Source: Eledone cirrhosa
Taxonomy: Eukaryota
Reading direction: 5' to 3'
Assembly (NCBI GenBank): GCA_964016885.1
Contig: OZ024743.1
Coordinates: 68,014,001 to 68,078,000 of the forward strand
DNA: 64,000 bases
A program made the translations under genes and the position numbers. A model generated the notes under the pieces. It saw only the letters and a program-made list of their open reading frames with translations, was not told the origin of the DNA and made no database searches. This document shows, piece after piece, positions 41,279-53,620 of the stretch (position 1 is the first letter of the stretch; every line of letters begins with the position of its first letter).

Positions 41279-43283
41279 ATGGCTAATTCACCTCTGCACG
41301 AAGCAGCTGAAAGCCTTCCTCACAAATTAACACCTCACACCGACACCACCATTGTAAATGTTACTACGTTTGCCAACACAAAAAAAAAATATAAGCACTA
41401 GTAATATTTTAAATTTGTCTCAGGCAGACATTCATTTCCCGCCATTATCAATGACTGCAGGTGTTAAAGCCTCCACCACCACCACCACCGCGACAACCAC
41501 CACCACCTCCACCACCACCGCGACAACAGAAACAAAAGAAGAACAAAATAAATTAACTCGTGATGTCGAAATGAAATCAAGCAAAATGGACTCTTCCCCA
41601 CCAAAGACGACTGACGTCACCACCACCACAACTGAAACTAAAATTAATATTAACACAAATAACGATAGCATCAACAACAACAATGACATTATAAAACCGA
41701 CCCTCAGTTTCGCCAGAGTAGCAAAACAATTCGAAGCATTTACGGTAACTCAGGAGGATTTAGAAAATGCCAAACAAATGATAAAGAAAGATGGGTACAG
41801 GGTCAGCCTCACCCCCCCCCCCACCTAATAAAATGGAGCATCGGCGCCTATGCACCGTGTCGTATCGAACAATAAATGTAAAATCGCGCCGAGTGGAACG
41901 GGCATCCGAGTCCCAAATCCAAAAAGCTTTAGGACATGTGTGGGCAAGAAAAACCCACATCAGACGTGGGCAAAAGTATGGAACCGTGGACGTGTTCTTT
42001 GAAACACTAGAGGAGGCTAGAGAACACTCCATGGCCCCATTAAAAAGTGACGACTTCACACTCGTCCCAAGCTATTGTGGCCAGAGACTCGTAAAGATCA
42101 GGATGACCCACGTTCCACCGGCCATCGAATTTCCCTGGCTAATAGCGGCCGTCCTCGCCGGCATCGAAGCCAACACGAAAATAATAGCAATAGCAAAAGA
42201 AAAGCAGGAAAACTGATCCGGATCTGGGATGGAGCTCCTGAACCAAGCGGACCAAAAAAGCATTGAGGAGATCCCAGAGGTAATAGACCTCACTGACGGC
42301 AGCCACCTCACGGTAATTGTCGAGGGCAGAAGACCTAGGTGTGTCGTTTGTGGTGAAGAACCCACCTAAGGGCTTTCTGCCCTCAGGCTAAAAGGTTGAG
42401 TCCACCTCTCCTACCCACCCCTGAGACACAACCATCAACACCACCAGTAGCAGAGATGGCAGCAACAAGTGTAGCAGCAACAACAGAAGCAACTATAACA
42501 GCAACAACCCCAGCAACAGTAGCAAAACCAACACCACCACCACCACCACCAGCAAAACCAACACCACCACCACTCAACGCTTCAGAACTAGCACCAGCGC
42601 CTACACCATCCACCACGCCACAACCAAAACTAACGGCTGTGGAGGATTTTCCACTCCCCGGCCTATCACAACTGGAGACAGATTGTGACGACGAGGAGTG
42701 GGAAACGATATCCGGAAAAAAAAAAAGAAACCAAAAAAGAAAAAATTCTCTTCCTTCCCCCTCCAAAAACAAAATACAGAGGGAAACAAATAAATTAAGA
42801 AACAAAAAAGTTAGGACAGATATGCCACCATCCACACCAGCATCACCAACCCCATCAACCCAAACACCAACACAATCACCATCATTAACCCCAACACCAC
42901 CATCACCTACACCACAAAAGTCACCAAAATGCGAAACAGAAACAAACCCACAACAAACGCAAACAAAACAAGACAACCAAAACGATACACACTACACAGC
43001 ATTAAATTTGAACAACAAGCAATTATTACACTACATCCAACACAACACCAGCATCACAGAAAAAGACTACACAACAGCCCCAAATTTCACACCACCTCCA
43101 CACATACAAATCACTCGCATCACACAGAAAACGTACATGACACTAAAACAAAAATTCCCCAAAGACATCGGAGACTTCCGACAAGCACTCTCCAGGAGGA
43201 TTTATGAGGACATCCTTCCTGAGGAGGCCACAAGCAGTGAAAAGGATGGAAAAACCGTCTTTCCCCTACGAGAAGTAAGGTAA
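41279..43283 (+). pseudogene. Element 2 ORF1, several frameshifts, some in homopolymer runs
   Basis: SFARVAK; RVERASESQIQKALGHVWARKTHIRRGQKYGTVDVFF; EGRRPRCVVCGEE..H...C; P/T-rich linker; C-terminal NNKQLLHYI..LKQKFPKDIG. Confidence 0.82.
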
Positions 43284-43317
43284 GTGGTCTTTCCCATCTT
43301 TTCCACTCCTTTTCAAC

Positions 43318-46300
43318 ATGTCCTCACTCAGAATAGGCAGCATAAATGCGCGTGGCTTGGGGTCGTCATGGAAGCAGGGCCACCTGCTCAACGACCTCAG
43401 GTCACTAAACATAGATGCAGTGGCCATCAGCGAGACCAGAATCTCCGAAGCACAGGCTTTCGCACCGATCTTCGGCGGCTACGATGTGTACGCATCTCCC
43501 AGCCGTCCGGGATCGGGGGGAGGAGTTGCTGTGCTTTTTCGGAGAGGTTTGGGTCTTGCCATACGGGCCATCTTCCTGGACCCAGAAGGTAAGTTGGTGG
43601 TGCTGGACGTGACCAGCGGAGACGGCCAAGCTTTCAGGTTAGTGGCCGTCTATGCCCCGACAGGAGCAGAGCGGCCTGATTTCTTCCGGCGTCTGGAGAC
43701 CTTTCTTGGAACGTCCCGCTCTTTAGTGTTAGTGGGCGACTGGAACGGGATCTTAGATGCACGCTGGGATCGTGTGAGATTAGTGGATAGGGAAGGAGGA
43801 TGCAAGAGTCTCACCAACCTGCTCAAACGTTTTGAACTGTCTGACAGGTACCGAATGGATTTCCCGAATGTACCAATGTGGATTTGGACAAATCGCATAG
43901 GGTCATCCAGATCATATCTAGATAGAATATTTTGTAGGGAAATAGATAGGTCTAGCATAGGCTGTCCACAATTCAAGATAGTCAGCTACACGGACCACAA
44001 ATTCGTGATCTGTGTGCTTGATTTAGATAGGCTTCATAGACGAGGACCCGGCTACTGGAAGCTAAACGCGTCCTTACCAGCGCGCAAGGCCTACAGAGAC
44101 CGGATTAGCGAACTAGTTAAGCGGGCATTGACGGGGGCCATCGTCAACAACAAGTGGTGGTTTGCTCTGAAAAGAGCAATTAGAATAGAGTCCATTAGGT
44201 TTAGTAAGACTTTAGCAATAGAGAAAAATAGAGCAGAGGGAGAATTAGTTAGAAAATTAGATGAGGCGCTTAGCAAAGGCATCGCGACCGACATACTTGC
44301 GGCGAAATTGGCCCTTGACCAATTCTTCAATGCAAAGCACGAAGGCTGCGTTGTCAGAGCTAGGGTGCGTGCTCTCAGACACGAGGGGACGAAAGCCGTT
44401 CAATGGGCCCGAGTGGCGGAGGCGCGTCGTGGCAACAAAGCCACGATCCGGTCTTTGGTGGACCACGACGGGAGCATGCTACTCGATCCCGGGCAAATGT
44501 GTGAAGCTTTTCAGGGACACTTCGCTCAACTGTTCGGGGGCAGTGGGGGTCGGATCGAGGGATGGACTTTAGTGTCTACCTCGACGGACTGCCGCGGCTT
44601 TCGGCCACTGAGGCGGAGTGTTGCGAAAAGCCGATAACAACGGCTGAAGTACGGGATGCAATGACTAGTTGCACAAGGGGAAAATCGCCTGGTTTGGATG
44701 GTCTGCCCTATGAACTTTACTTACAAGTGCCAAACTTGTTCGGAGGCCTCTTGGCGGACGTCTACTGCAACTGGCAACAGAACGGGAGAATTCCCAGCTC
44801 TGTGAGCCGAGGAGCGGTGGCGCTGCTGAGAAAGGATCCGTACAAGGGGGATAACATAGATAATTTTAGGCCCATATCTCTGCTAAACACAGAGTTCAAG
44901 ATTTTGGCCAAGGTGCTAGCAAAGAGGTTGGCGCTTGTCGTTGGTGGTCTGGTGGGAGAGGCACAGACATGCGCCATTCCCGACAGATCCATCCACGACA
45001 ACCTCCACCTCATGCGATACATCGTAGAGAGGGTAGCTAGGGAACCTGGCACGGGTGGGTGTTTGATCAATTTAGATCAGTTGAAAGCCTTCGATAGGGT
45101 CGACCATCGTTACCTAGCGGCAGTCCTGAGGGCGGCTGGCTTTGGGCCCGTCTTCAGAGGCTGGATCGCTGCCATGCACAGCGACATCTGCTCTGTAGTG
45201 AGAGTGAACGGTCACCTTTCGGAACCGTTCAACATCATGCGCTCGGTCCGCCAAGGATGTCCCCTCTCGTCCCTATTGTACGTATTGACTCTCGAGCCAT
45301 TACTGCACAAACTGGAGACGTTGAGGGGGGTCCCGCGCGAACTAGGATGCGGAAGATCCGTGTCAGCATATGCCGACGATGTCACCGTAGTGGTGTAGAA
45401 CGCCAAACACATCGAGGCGATCGGCACTACAATAAGAGAATACGAAGCGGTGACAGGAGCAATGATCAACCAGGAAAAGTCAGTGGGCCTGCAGCTCAGC
45501 ACCTGGAGAGGCAGGTCCATGCTGTCCAACAGCGTCGTCGGGCGCTGGACGGACCGGTTAAATTGCTAGGGGTCTGGTTCGGTCCAGACCTCCAGACAGA
45601 CATAAACTGGGACGAGGTGACGAGCAGGGTGGCTTCTCTCACCCAGAAATAGGCCGAGAGGATGCTATCCCTGAAAGGTCGAGCGGAGGTGGCGAATGCG
45701 TACATCGCATCCGTCATCTACTACCGCCTGACCGTCGTACCTTGTCCTAAGCCCCGCCTGACTGGGCTGGAGCGTTTGCTCTTTCGCTTTTTGTGGAAGG
45801 GACGCGCTCCGATGGTCAGGCGGTCCATCTGCTGTAAACACCCGCTACATGGAGGGCTGGGCATGCCGTGGCTGATGATGCGCAGACACGCGCTAAGGCT
45901 ACGACATCTCCACCTCTTCCTCGACGGTGATCAGGTGTGGTCGCCGTTTGCTAGACGCGTTTTTCCCCAGCTCGTCTCCTTGACGGAGCTGCAGTCCTGG
46001 GTCAAGCGAAGACCGAGAGGGAGCGCTTGGAGACTGGAATGTCTTCAGGCGCTCACAGCCCTCGACCAATCGGGCAATGTGATCGGTGGAAACTCCACAT
46101 TGGCGTTCTATAGGGGATTAGTGGAGGGGAAGAGCGACGACGTACTTGGAGAAACTCTAGGCGTCGACGAAAATCAACTAGCTAATCTCTTCGGAAGGAC
46201 TTTCGGGCCGGGGCCTATGGACAACTTCCAGAAATCCCTGGCCTGGCAGTGCTACCGAGGAGCTTTGCCAGTTCGGGATAAACTCTACAGGCATGGAGGT

Positions 46301-46732
46301 GCCGTCAGCCGGGCATGTCCGAGATGCGCGCAGGGCGACGAAACCGTCCTGTACGCACTCGTCCAGTGTCCGAGCATTGCTGACTTGTGGGTTTATGTCG
46401 AACACATGCTGTCACGTGTAGGACGGATCCAGCTATCAGCTGAGTCCATCGTGAGGATTGCCCCGCCCCCTTACTTTAGCCGGGAAGGGCAGGCAGTTTT
46501 TATCTGTCTGGTGGCCATGGCGAAAGAGATAGTATGGTGGACACGTTTGAAAGGGCTGAAGACGAGCACTTACCACTTCGGTGATGCCCTGATTAACTTT
46601 TTCAAATTTCATTTGAAAAGGAAAATCAGGGTAGAGAGGGAAGTGCTCTCTACCCAGCATTTTGTTGAAAGATGGGTGAGAGAAGCAAGTATGGCCCGAA
46701 TGAATGGGCCTTCTCTGAGTATGTGTCTGTAA
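43318..46732 (+). pseudogene. Element 2 ORF2 (APE-RT-CCHC) with 2 frameshifts and 2 premature stops
   Basis: GSINARGL, ISET, VYAP, GDWN, YLDRIF, TDH; KSPGLDGLP, FRPISLLN, KAFDRVDH, SVRQGCPLS, YADD; CPRCAQGDETVLYALVQC. Confidence 0.93.
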
Positions 46733-47191
46733 ATTAAAGGTGGAAAACTGGGAGAGGGCACTTGCCCTGGTGGTCAGGGCCACTGTGGTCTTTTAATGGG
46801 CTTTCTCCACAAATGTCCCTCGGAAGTCTCCCCCCCTATTGTTATTTTATTTCAACCTCTGTTTTTTTTACACGCAGAAATGCCCATTCGTACCGTCCTG
46901 TATTGTCCTGTACTGTCCTTAATGTCTACTTTATGTAAACCCTTGTGGTTAATAAAGAAAACATTATTATTATTATTATTGACGAAAGTGGATGTACGTT
47001 TTTTGAAGCTCCGTGAGTAACAATTTTTTGAGGATTAATTGTGGAGAATTGTTTATTTTTTTGTACCGCTGAAGCATTATAAGACATTCATTTGTATCCT
47101 GTGAAGGAATAACTCATAATATTTGGGCCTTTTGGCCCAAATATTTGAACTTTATTTTGGAAAAATAATAATTTTTTTTACTAAAAAAAAC

Positions 47192-49101
47192 ATGGCGGAG
47201 CCACGCCCCCTAGAGGCGGGTCTGCTGTCGTGCAACGGCGACTTGAGCGTTGAGAGGAGAGGTGGGGCGAGGAGCGCCACCAGCACGAGTGTGAGCAGCG
47301 ACAGTGCCAGCACAAACGGGCCGAGCGGCGCGGAAAGTGGTAACAGCGACAACACCAACACCAACAAGCCGAACAGCGCAGAAGGTGGTAATAGCGAGAG
47401 CACCAACAAAACGAACAGCACAGAGAGTAATAGTAGCGACAGCAGCAGCACCAACAAGGCCAACAGCACAGAGGGTAACCACGACACAGGGGAGAACAAC
47501 AACAGCAATAGCAGCAGCAACACCAACAAGAACAACGACAGTGACAACACCACAAGAACACCTTCGCTGCTTTGGCAGCGGCTAAAAGGAGACCATGCTA
47601 CAGCATCGACTTAACCAACAGAGAGGAAAAGTTGGCCCAGGCCTGGAAAATCATAAATCAAGAGCAGACCTGGGCAAAATTAACTGTCCCGGCAGAAGCC
47701 ATTGAGGCAGTGGAAAAAAGAACGGTGCATTTCAGATGCATCTCAGTAGAGACAAAGAGGGCAGCGATAATCGCCCAAGCTGATATAGAAGCCGCACTGA
47801 AATACATCAGAGAGGACACAGACTTCATAGAGAGGGGCAGGCAATACGGCACCGTTTCGGTGCTGTTCAAGTCTGAAGCCCTCGCTGTGAAGCATTCAAT
47901 GACCCCTTGCAAAACCAGCAAGGTCATAATGTACCCCTCCCACATGGGAAAACGAATAGCACGTGTGCACATTCCCAGGATTCCACCAGGACTTGATATG
48001 TGGTGGCTCCTGGGTTGCGTAATCGTGGAAGGAACGGATACAGTCCCGGTAGAGGCAACGAGAACTGCCAGGGACGACTGGTCCGGGGTTGATCTGGAGA
48101 TACTGCTCCAAATCAGACCCGAAAACGTAAAAGCAATCCCGGACCACATCCGCCTCCAAAACGGGAGGGTGTTGCATATAATGACTGAGGGCAAAAGGCC
48201 GCATTGTTTCCTTTGTGGGGAAACGACACACTTGCGAGCCTTCTTCCCTCAACTGCCGAAAAGCGCAAGGGGTCGAAAGATTCCACTGCTGGCGACGCCG
48301 GGACAAAGACCACCAGCAACACCGTAAACAATGGAACCACCAAAATTGCACACCCAGGGGGGAAACGAGGAAAGCTCTCCCATTCCCCCTCCCCCCCAAA
48401 ATACACACACGAACAATAACATAAACACTCACTCAGACACAAACACGCTCACAGCCACAGACCCCTCATCCTCCAGCAGTGAAGATGAGGGAAAACCAAA
48501 GTCCCCCAAAATACAAAAAACAAAACACAAAAAAAAAAAAGAAATCCACAAAGCACAAACACCCCCACAAAAAAATACACACACCACCCACACAAACATT
48601 TTCCCCACAGCATCACCAACACAACCACCAAAATCCCCCAAACGCAAACAAGCTAAACAGACACAAGAACAAATAGACACACAAACATCAGAAACTACAG
48701 ACACCCCACCCACAACAAACGCAGACACAATAGAAACAACACTAACAAAGCTATCACCACCACAATCACACGAACAAATAAAACCCGAGCAACAAAACAT
48801 TAAAAACTTCGTGCTTGCCAGAAGGGCCAACAAGGAATTGATGGCCCATGTAGCACGAAGCACAAACATCGAAAAAGAGGGGGAAACATTTGAAGCGAGC
48901 ACATTTCGCGTACCAGATAATTTGCTTCTGATGCGAATGTCGCTCGCTTCATACAAAGAAATTCGAAAGAGCTTTCCTCGGAATGTGGGAACCCCGAACG
49001 TAAAACCCACTTCAAGACTATTAAAGGGGTTCCCAAAAGAAACCCCACAAACCATGGAGGTCGAACCACCCGACCTTCACAAGACCCCGGAAGGTAAGTA
49101 A
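47192..49101 (+). pseudogene. Element 3 ORF1 (frameshifts near 47560 and 48250-48330)
   Basis: MAEPRP; N/S-rich; RGRQYGTVSVLF; EGKRPHCFLCGETTHLRAF; C-terminal ANKELMAHV..IRKSFPRNVG. Confidence 0.82.
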
Positions 49102-49130
49102 ACCTTTCCTCTCCCATTCATCCTGCCAGC

Positions 49131-52100
49131 ATGGCCATAAGAGTAGGAAGTTTAAATGTTCGTGGCCTGGGGTCGCCCTGGAAGCAAGGTCACTTGCTCA
49201 ACGACCTCAGGTCACTAGGAATGGATGTAATTGCCATCAGCGAGACCAGAATTTCCGACACACGCGCACTGGCGCCGATTTTCGACGATTATCAGATCTT
49301 TGCATCTGTTAGTCGGCCGGGAATGGGAGGTGGAGTGGCTGTGCTGTTTAGGAAATGTCTGGATCTCGAGGTAAGGTCAATCTTCCGGGATCCTGACGTA
49401 AAGTTGGTGGTCCTGGACGTGAGCAATAGTGAAGGTGGTGCCTTTAGACTGGTGGCCGTCTACGCCCCTACTGGGGCCGGTCGGCCGGACTTCTTTAGGC
49501 GCCTGGAAAACTTTCTGCTTACGTCTCGCCCTTTACTGTTAATAGGGGATTGGAATGGCATCTTAGAAGCACGCTGGGATTGTGTGGGAGTATCTGATAG
49601 GAGCGGGGGTGCAAAAGCCTCAAGTACCTGATCAGCCAGTTTCAACTGTCTGACAGGTACCGACTAGATTTCCCTAATGCGCCAGTATGGACCTGGACCA
49701 ATCGCATAGGGTCATCTAGATCGTACATAGATAGGATTTTCATTAGGAAAAGAGATAGAAATAGTGTAGGATGTTCACATTTTAAAACGGTTGCCTATTC
49801 AGATCACAAGCTTGTGATCTGTATGGTCGACCTAGATAAGACACGTAGGTTAGGACCTAGCTACTGGAAGCTAAACATGTCGTTTCCGGCACGTAAAGCT
49901 TACAGGGACCGGGTCAACAACTTAGTTAAGCAAAAGTTGACAGGGGGAGTTGTCAACAACAGGTGGTGGGGGGCTCTCAAAAGAGAGATTAGAGCAACCT
50001 CGATAGGATTTAGCAAAGAAGTAGCAATAGAGAAAAATAGAAAGGAGGAGGGGCTGATAGCTAAGTTAGACGAGGCTATTTGTAGTGGCATTGCAACAGA
50101 CGTGCTAGCGGCGAGAATGGCACTAGACCATTTCTTCAATGCGAAACACGAAGGTTGCATTGTCAGAGCTAAGGCGCGTGCTCTGAGGAACGAGGGAACC
50201 AAAGCTGCCCGATGGGCTCGCTTTGCAGAGACGCAGCGTGGAAATAAAACCACAATTCGGTCTTTGACGGATCGAGATGGACACGAACTGAGCGATTCCA
50301 AGCAGATGTGTGAGGCCTTTCGCCAGCACTTTGCTCGATTGTTCGGGAGGATGGGTGAGTCGGAGACGGCGGCGGACTTCAGTCCCTACCTCGACGGCTT
50401 GCCACGCCTCTCGACCGCCGACGCTGAGCGCTGCGAAGAGCCGATAACATCAGTCGAAATTCAGGACGCCCTTGTCGGCTGCTCGAGTCGCAAGTCACCC
50501 GGTTTGGATGGTCTGCCCTACGAGCTTTACGTAAATATGCCAGACTTGTTCTCCGATCTCCTCGAAGCGCTCTACTGCAACTGGCAGCAGAACGGGAGCA
50601 TTCCCAGTTCTGTGAGCCGTGGCGTAGTGACGCTGATAAGGAAAGACGAGAACAAGAGGGACACACTAGATCATTTCAGGCCCATAACCCTGCTCAACAC
50701 AGAGTTTAAGATTTTGGCCAAGGTGTTAGCGAAAAGGTTGGCGCTTGTCGTCAAAGATTTGTTTGGGGAGGCGCAAACTTGCGCAATCCCGACCAGGTCC
50801 ATACACGACAACCTCCACCTCATGCGATACATCATAGAGAGGGTTGGGTGCAAACCTAGCTTCGGTGGGGCTCTGATCAATTTAGATCAATCGAAAGCAT
50901 TCGATAGGGTCGACCATCGGTACTTGGAGGCTGTCCTCGAGGCGGCTGGCTTCGGCCCCGTCTTCAGAAGCTGGATCGCTGCAATGTACAGCGGCATCTG
51001 CTCGGTGGTCAAAGTTAATGGCCTCCTCTCGGAACCGTTTCAGATCTCTCGATCGGTCCGTCAAGGGTGCCCTCTCTCCTCCCTTCTGTACGTATTGACT
51101 CTTGAGCCTCTACTGCGGAAGCTGGAGTTGCTGCAGGGCATCCCGCTCGAACCGGGACGTAGAAAGGCTGCGTCCGCTTATGCGGACGACATCACCGTGA
51201 TGGTGTCGGACACCTCGGAAATCGAGGTGATCCGCACCCATTTGGAGGAATATGAAAGGTTGACGGGAGCAAAACTTAACCCGGAAAAGTCGGTGGGCTT
51301 GCAGCTCGGCACCTGGAGAGGCAAGTCCATGCCGTCCAACAGCGTCGTTGGGCGCTGGACAGACGGACCGGTAAAGTTGCTCGGGGTTTGGTTCGGACCA
51401 GACCTCCAGGTGGATAAGAATTGGGACGAGGTGACGAGCAGGATAGCCAACCTCACCCAGAAATGGGCTGAGAGAAAGCTATCACTGAAAGGGCGGGCGG
51501 AGGTGGCGAACGCGTACATCGCGTCCGTCATCTACTACCGCCTGACCGTCGTGCCTTGCCCCCGTCCACGCCTCGCCAATTTGGAACGGCTCCTTTTCAA
51601 ATTTTTGTGGAGGGGACGGGTCCCGTTGGTGAGGCGGTCCATCTGCTGCCAGCACCCTCTTCGTGGAGGGCTGGGCATGCCGTGGCTAATGATGCGCAGA
51701 CATGCGCTGAGGCTGCGACATCTCCAGATATTTTGCCTAAACGGTGAACAGGTGTGGTCGCCGTTTGTTAGACGGGCCTTTCCGCAGCTCATCTCTTTGA
51801 CTGAGCTGCAGTCCTGGGTCAAGAAGAGACCGAGACTGGGCGACTGGCATCTGGAATGTTGCCAGGCGCTCACTGCACTCTGCAAGGTGGGCAATGCGGT
51901 CAGTGGAACTTCCACTCAAGATTTCTATAGAGGATTAGTGGAGGGCAAGTACGATGACGTACTAGGAGAGGCTCTAGGCGTCAACGAAGTAGAACTGACC
52001 AGTATGTTCCGGAGGACTTTCGAACCAGGGACGATGGATAACTTCCAGAAATCCCTCGCTTGGCAGTGCTACCGGGGGGCGCTGCCGGTGCGGGATAAAC

Positions 52101-52549
52101 TCTACAGGCACGGAAGTGCTGTCAGACGAACCTGCCCGAGATGCGCGCAGAGCGACGAAACCGTTCTGCACGCACTCGTCCAGTGTCCGTGCATTGCTGA
52201 CTTGTTGGGTTATGTCGAACAGCTATTGTCGCGTGTAGAACGGATCCGGCTATCGTCCGAGTCCATAGTGAAGATTGACCCGCCGCCTTCTTTTGGTCAG
52301 GAAGGGCAGGCAATTTTCCTCTGCCTGGTGGCAGTAGCGAAAGAGGTTGCATGGTGGACCAGGTTGAAAGGACTGAAGACAGACACTTTTCTCTTCGGCC
52401 AATCCCTCATCAACTTCTTCAAGTTTCACTTGGAAAGGAAGGTGAGGGTGGAGAGAGAAGTGCTGCCCCCCAGTACATTTACTGAAAGGTGGGTGAATGT
52501 AGCGAGAATGGCCCGCGTGAGTGGGCCTACTCTGATCATGCGCCTGTAG
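49131..52549 (+). CDS. Element 3 ORF2 (APE-RT-CCHC), single frameshift in a G-run near 49605-49610
   Basis: GSLNVRGL, ISET, VYAP, GDWN, then YIDRIF, SDH, KSPGLDGLP, FRPITLLN, LDQSKAFDRVDH, QGCPLS, YADD, CPRCAQSDETVLHALVQC; 911 aa open stretch. Confidence 0.92.
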
Positions 52550-53399
52550 GCTGGTGAATTCGAGAAGGAGAGGGGTGCCCTTCCCGGGTGCCCTAGGAGT
52601 GTCGGGTGGCTCAGGACTGGTGGGGTGCTTGAGTCAACCCTGGGTGGTGATCCCTCTTATTGGGGAACTTTCATTGTTGTATTTTTATTGTTATTTTGTT
52701 TTTTGTTATTTATACTTACTCGATCTCTATGTAAACCCCCACTGTCCCTGTCTATTGTGTTGTCCCCTATATATCGGCCCTTGTGGCCAATAAATGAAAT
52801 CATTATTATAATTATTAATATTATTATTATTAGTAGTAGTAGTATCCTTCTCACGATTTGTGTTTAAACGCTACGCATTTAATAAGAAAAGACTAGAAAT
52901 TCCACTAGTTCTATATGCCAGTCATGTGGGACCGAATCAAATGCATTCCTGTTGTCATTTGAAGCATTTGATGTTCTCATTTTCTCCTCATTTTACTTGA
53001 CATTACATGTACATTTTCAGTTCTTCATTTCCATAGTAATTTGGTCAATGGTTTATGAATGGTTGCTAGACAACTGATGAAGTGAGATTGGTTTGACTGG
53101 TTAGATGCGGTTTTTTTTTATTGTTGCTCTCTATTATTCCATGTTGTGGGCTGTTTAATAAAAAAGCGGATCATATCTGTTGCCTTCCAGTGCAGTATGT
53201 CAAAATAAAACTAACAAGAACTGGGTAGTTTCTATGCTAAGCTCTTCCCAGATACACAAGCTGTTTAAATCAAACAATTTACATATGGCAATGTTTATAT
53301 TTATATTTTCATTTATATTGATTTTACATATTTTTCTAATCGATTCCCATCAACTTTATTAAAATAGTTTCAATTAAATTATATATTGTTTGCATTAGA

Positions 53400-53620
53400 A
53401 TAATAATATTTTGTTCTACTTTAGGCAAACAGCCAGCAATTTTTTGGGGAAAAAAAACATCGATTGAATCAACCTCAGTTAATTTATTTTATCGATCCCG
53501 TAAGGATGAGAGGTAAGGCTTACCTCGGTGGATGTGAACTCAGAACGAAAACGGCCATAACTCTATGCCAAAAAGCATGGTGCCTGATGCACTACCGATG
53601 CACTACTAATCCACCTCCCT
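53400..53620 (-). mobile_element. Diverged SINE-A (older copies also at ~4950-5020, 54565-54700, 55040-55315, 56930-57040)
   Basis: TTTATCGATCCCGTAAGGATGAGAGG..CTCGGTGGATGTGAACTCAGAA. Confidence 0.7.

Larger units (their letters stand above)
41072..46980 (+). mobile_element. Tx1/L1-clade LINE, element 2 (full length, several lesions)
   Basis: Bounded by (TTA)n; 5'UTR, ORF1, ORF2; 3'UTR ends CCCTTGTGGTTAATAAAGAAAAC-(ATT)n. Confidence 0.95.
46981..52831 (+). mobile_element. Tx1/L1-clade LINE, element 3 (full length, nearly intact)
   Basis: Begins directly after element 2's (TTA)n tail; ends GGCCCTTGTGGCCAATAAATGAAATC-(ATT)n. Confidence 0.95.

Noticed and set aside
53020-53085. AG...GTGAGA-bounded candidate exon
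   Set aside because: Stops in all three frames.
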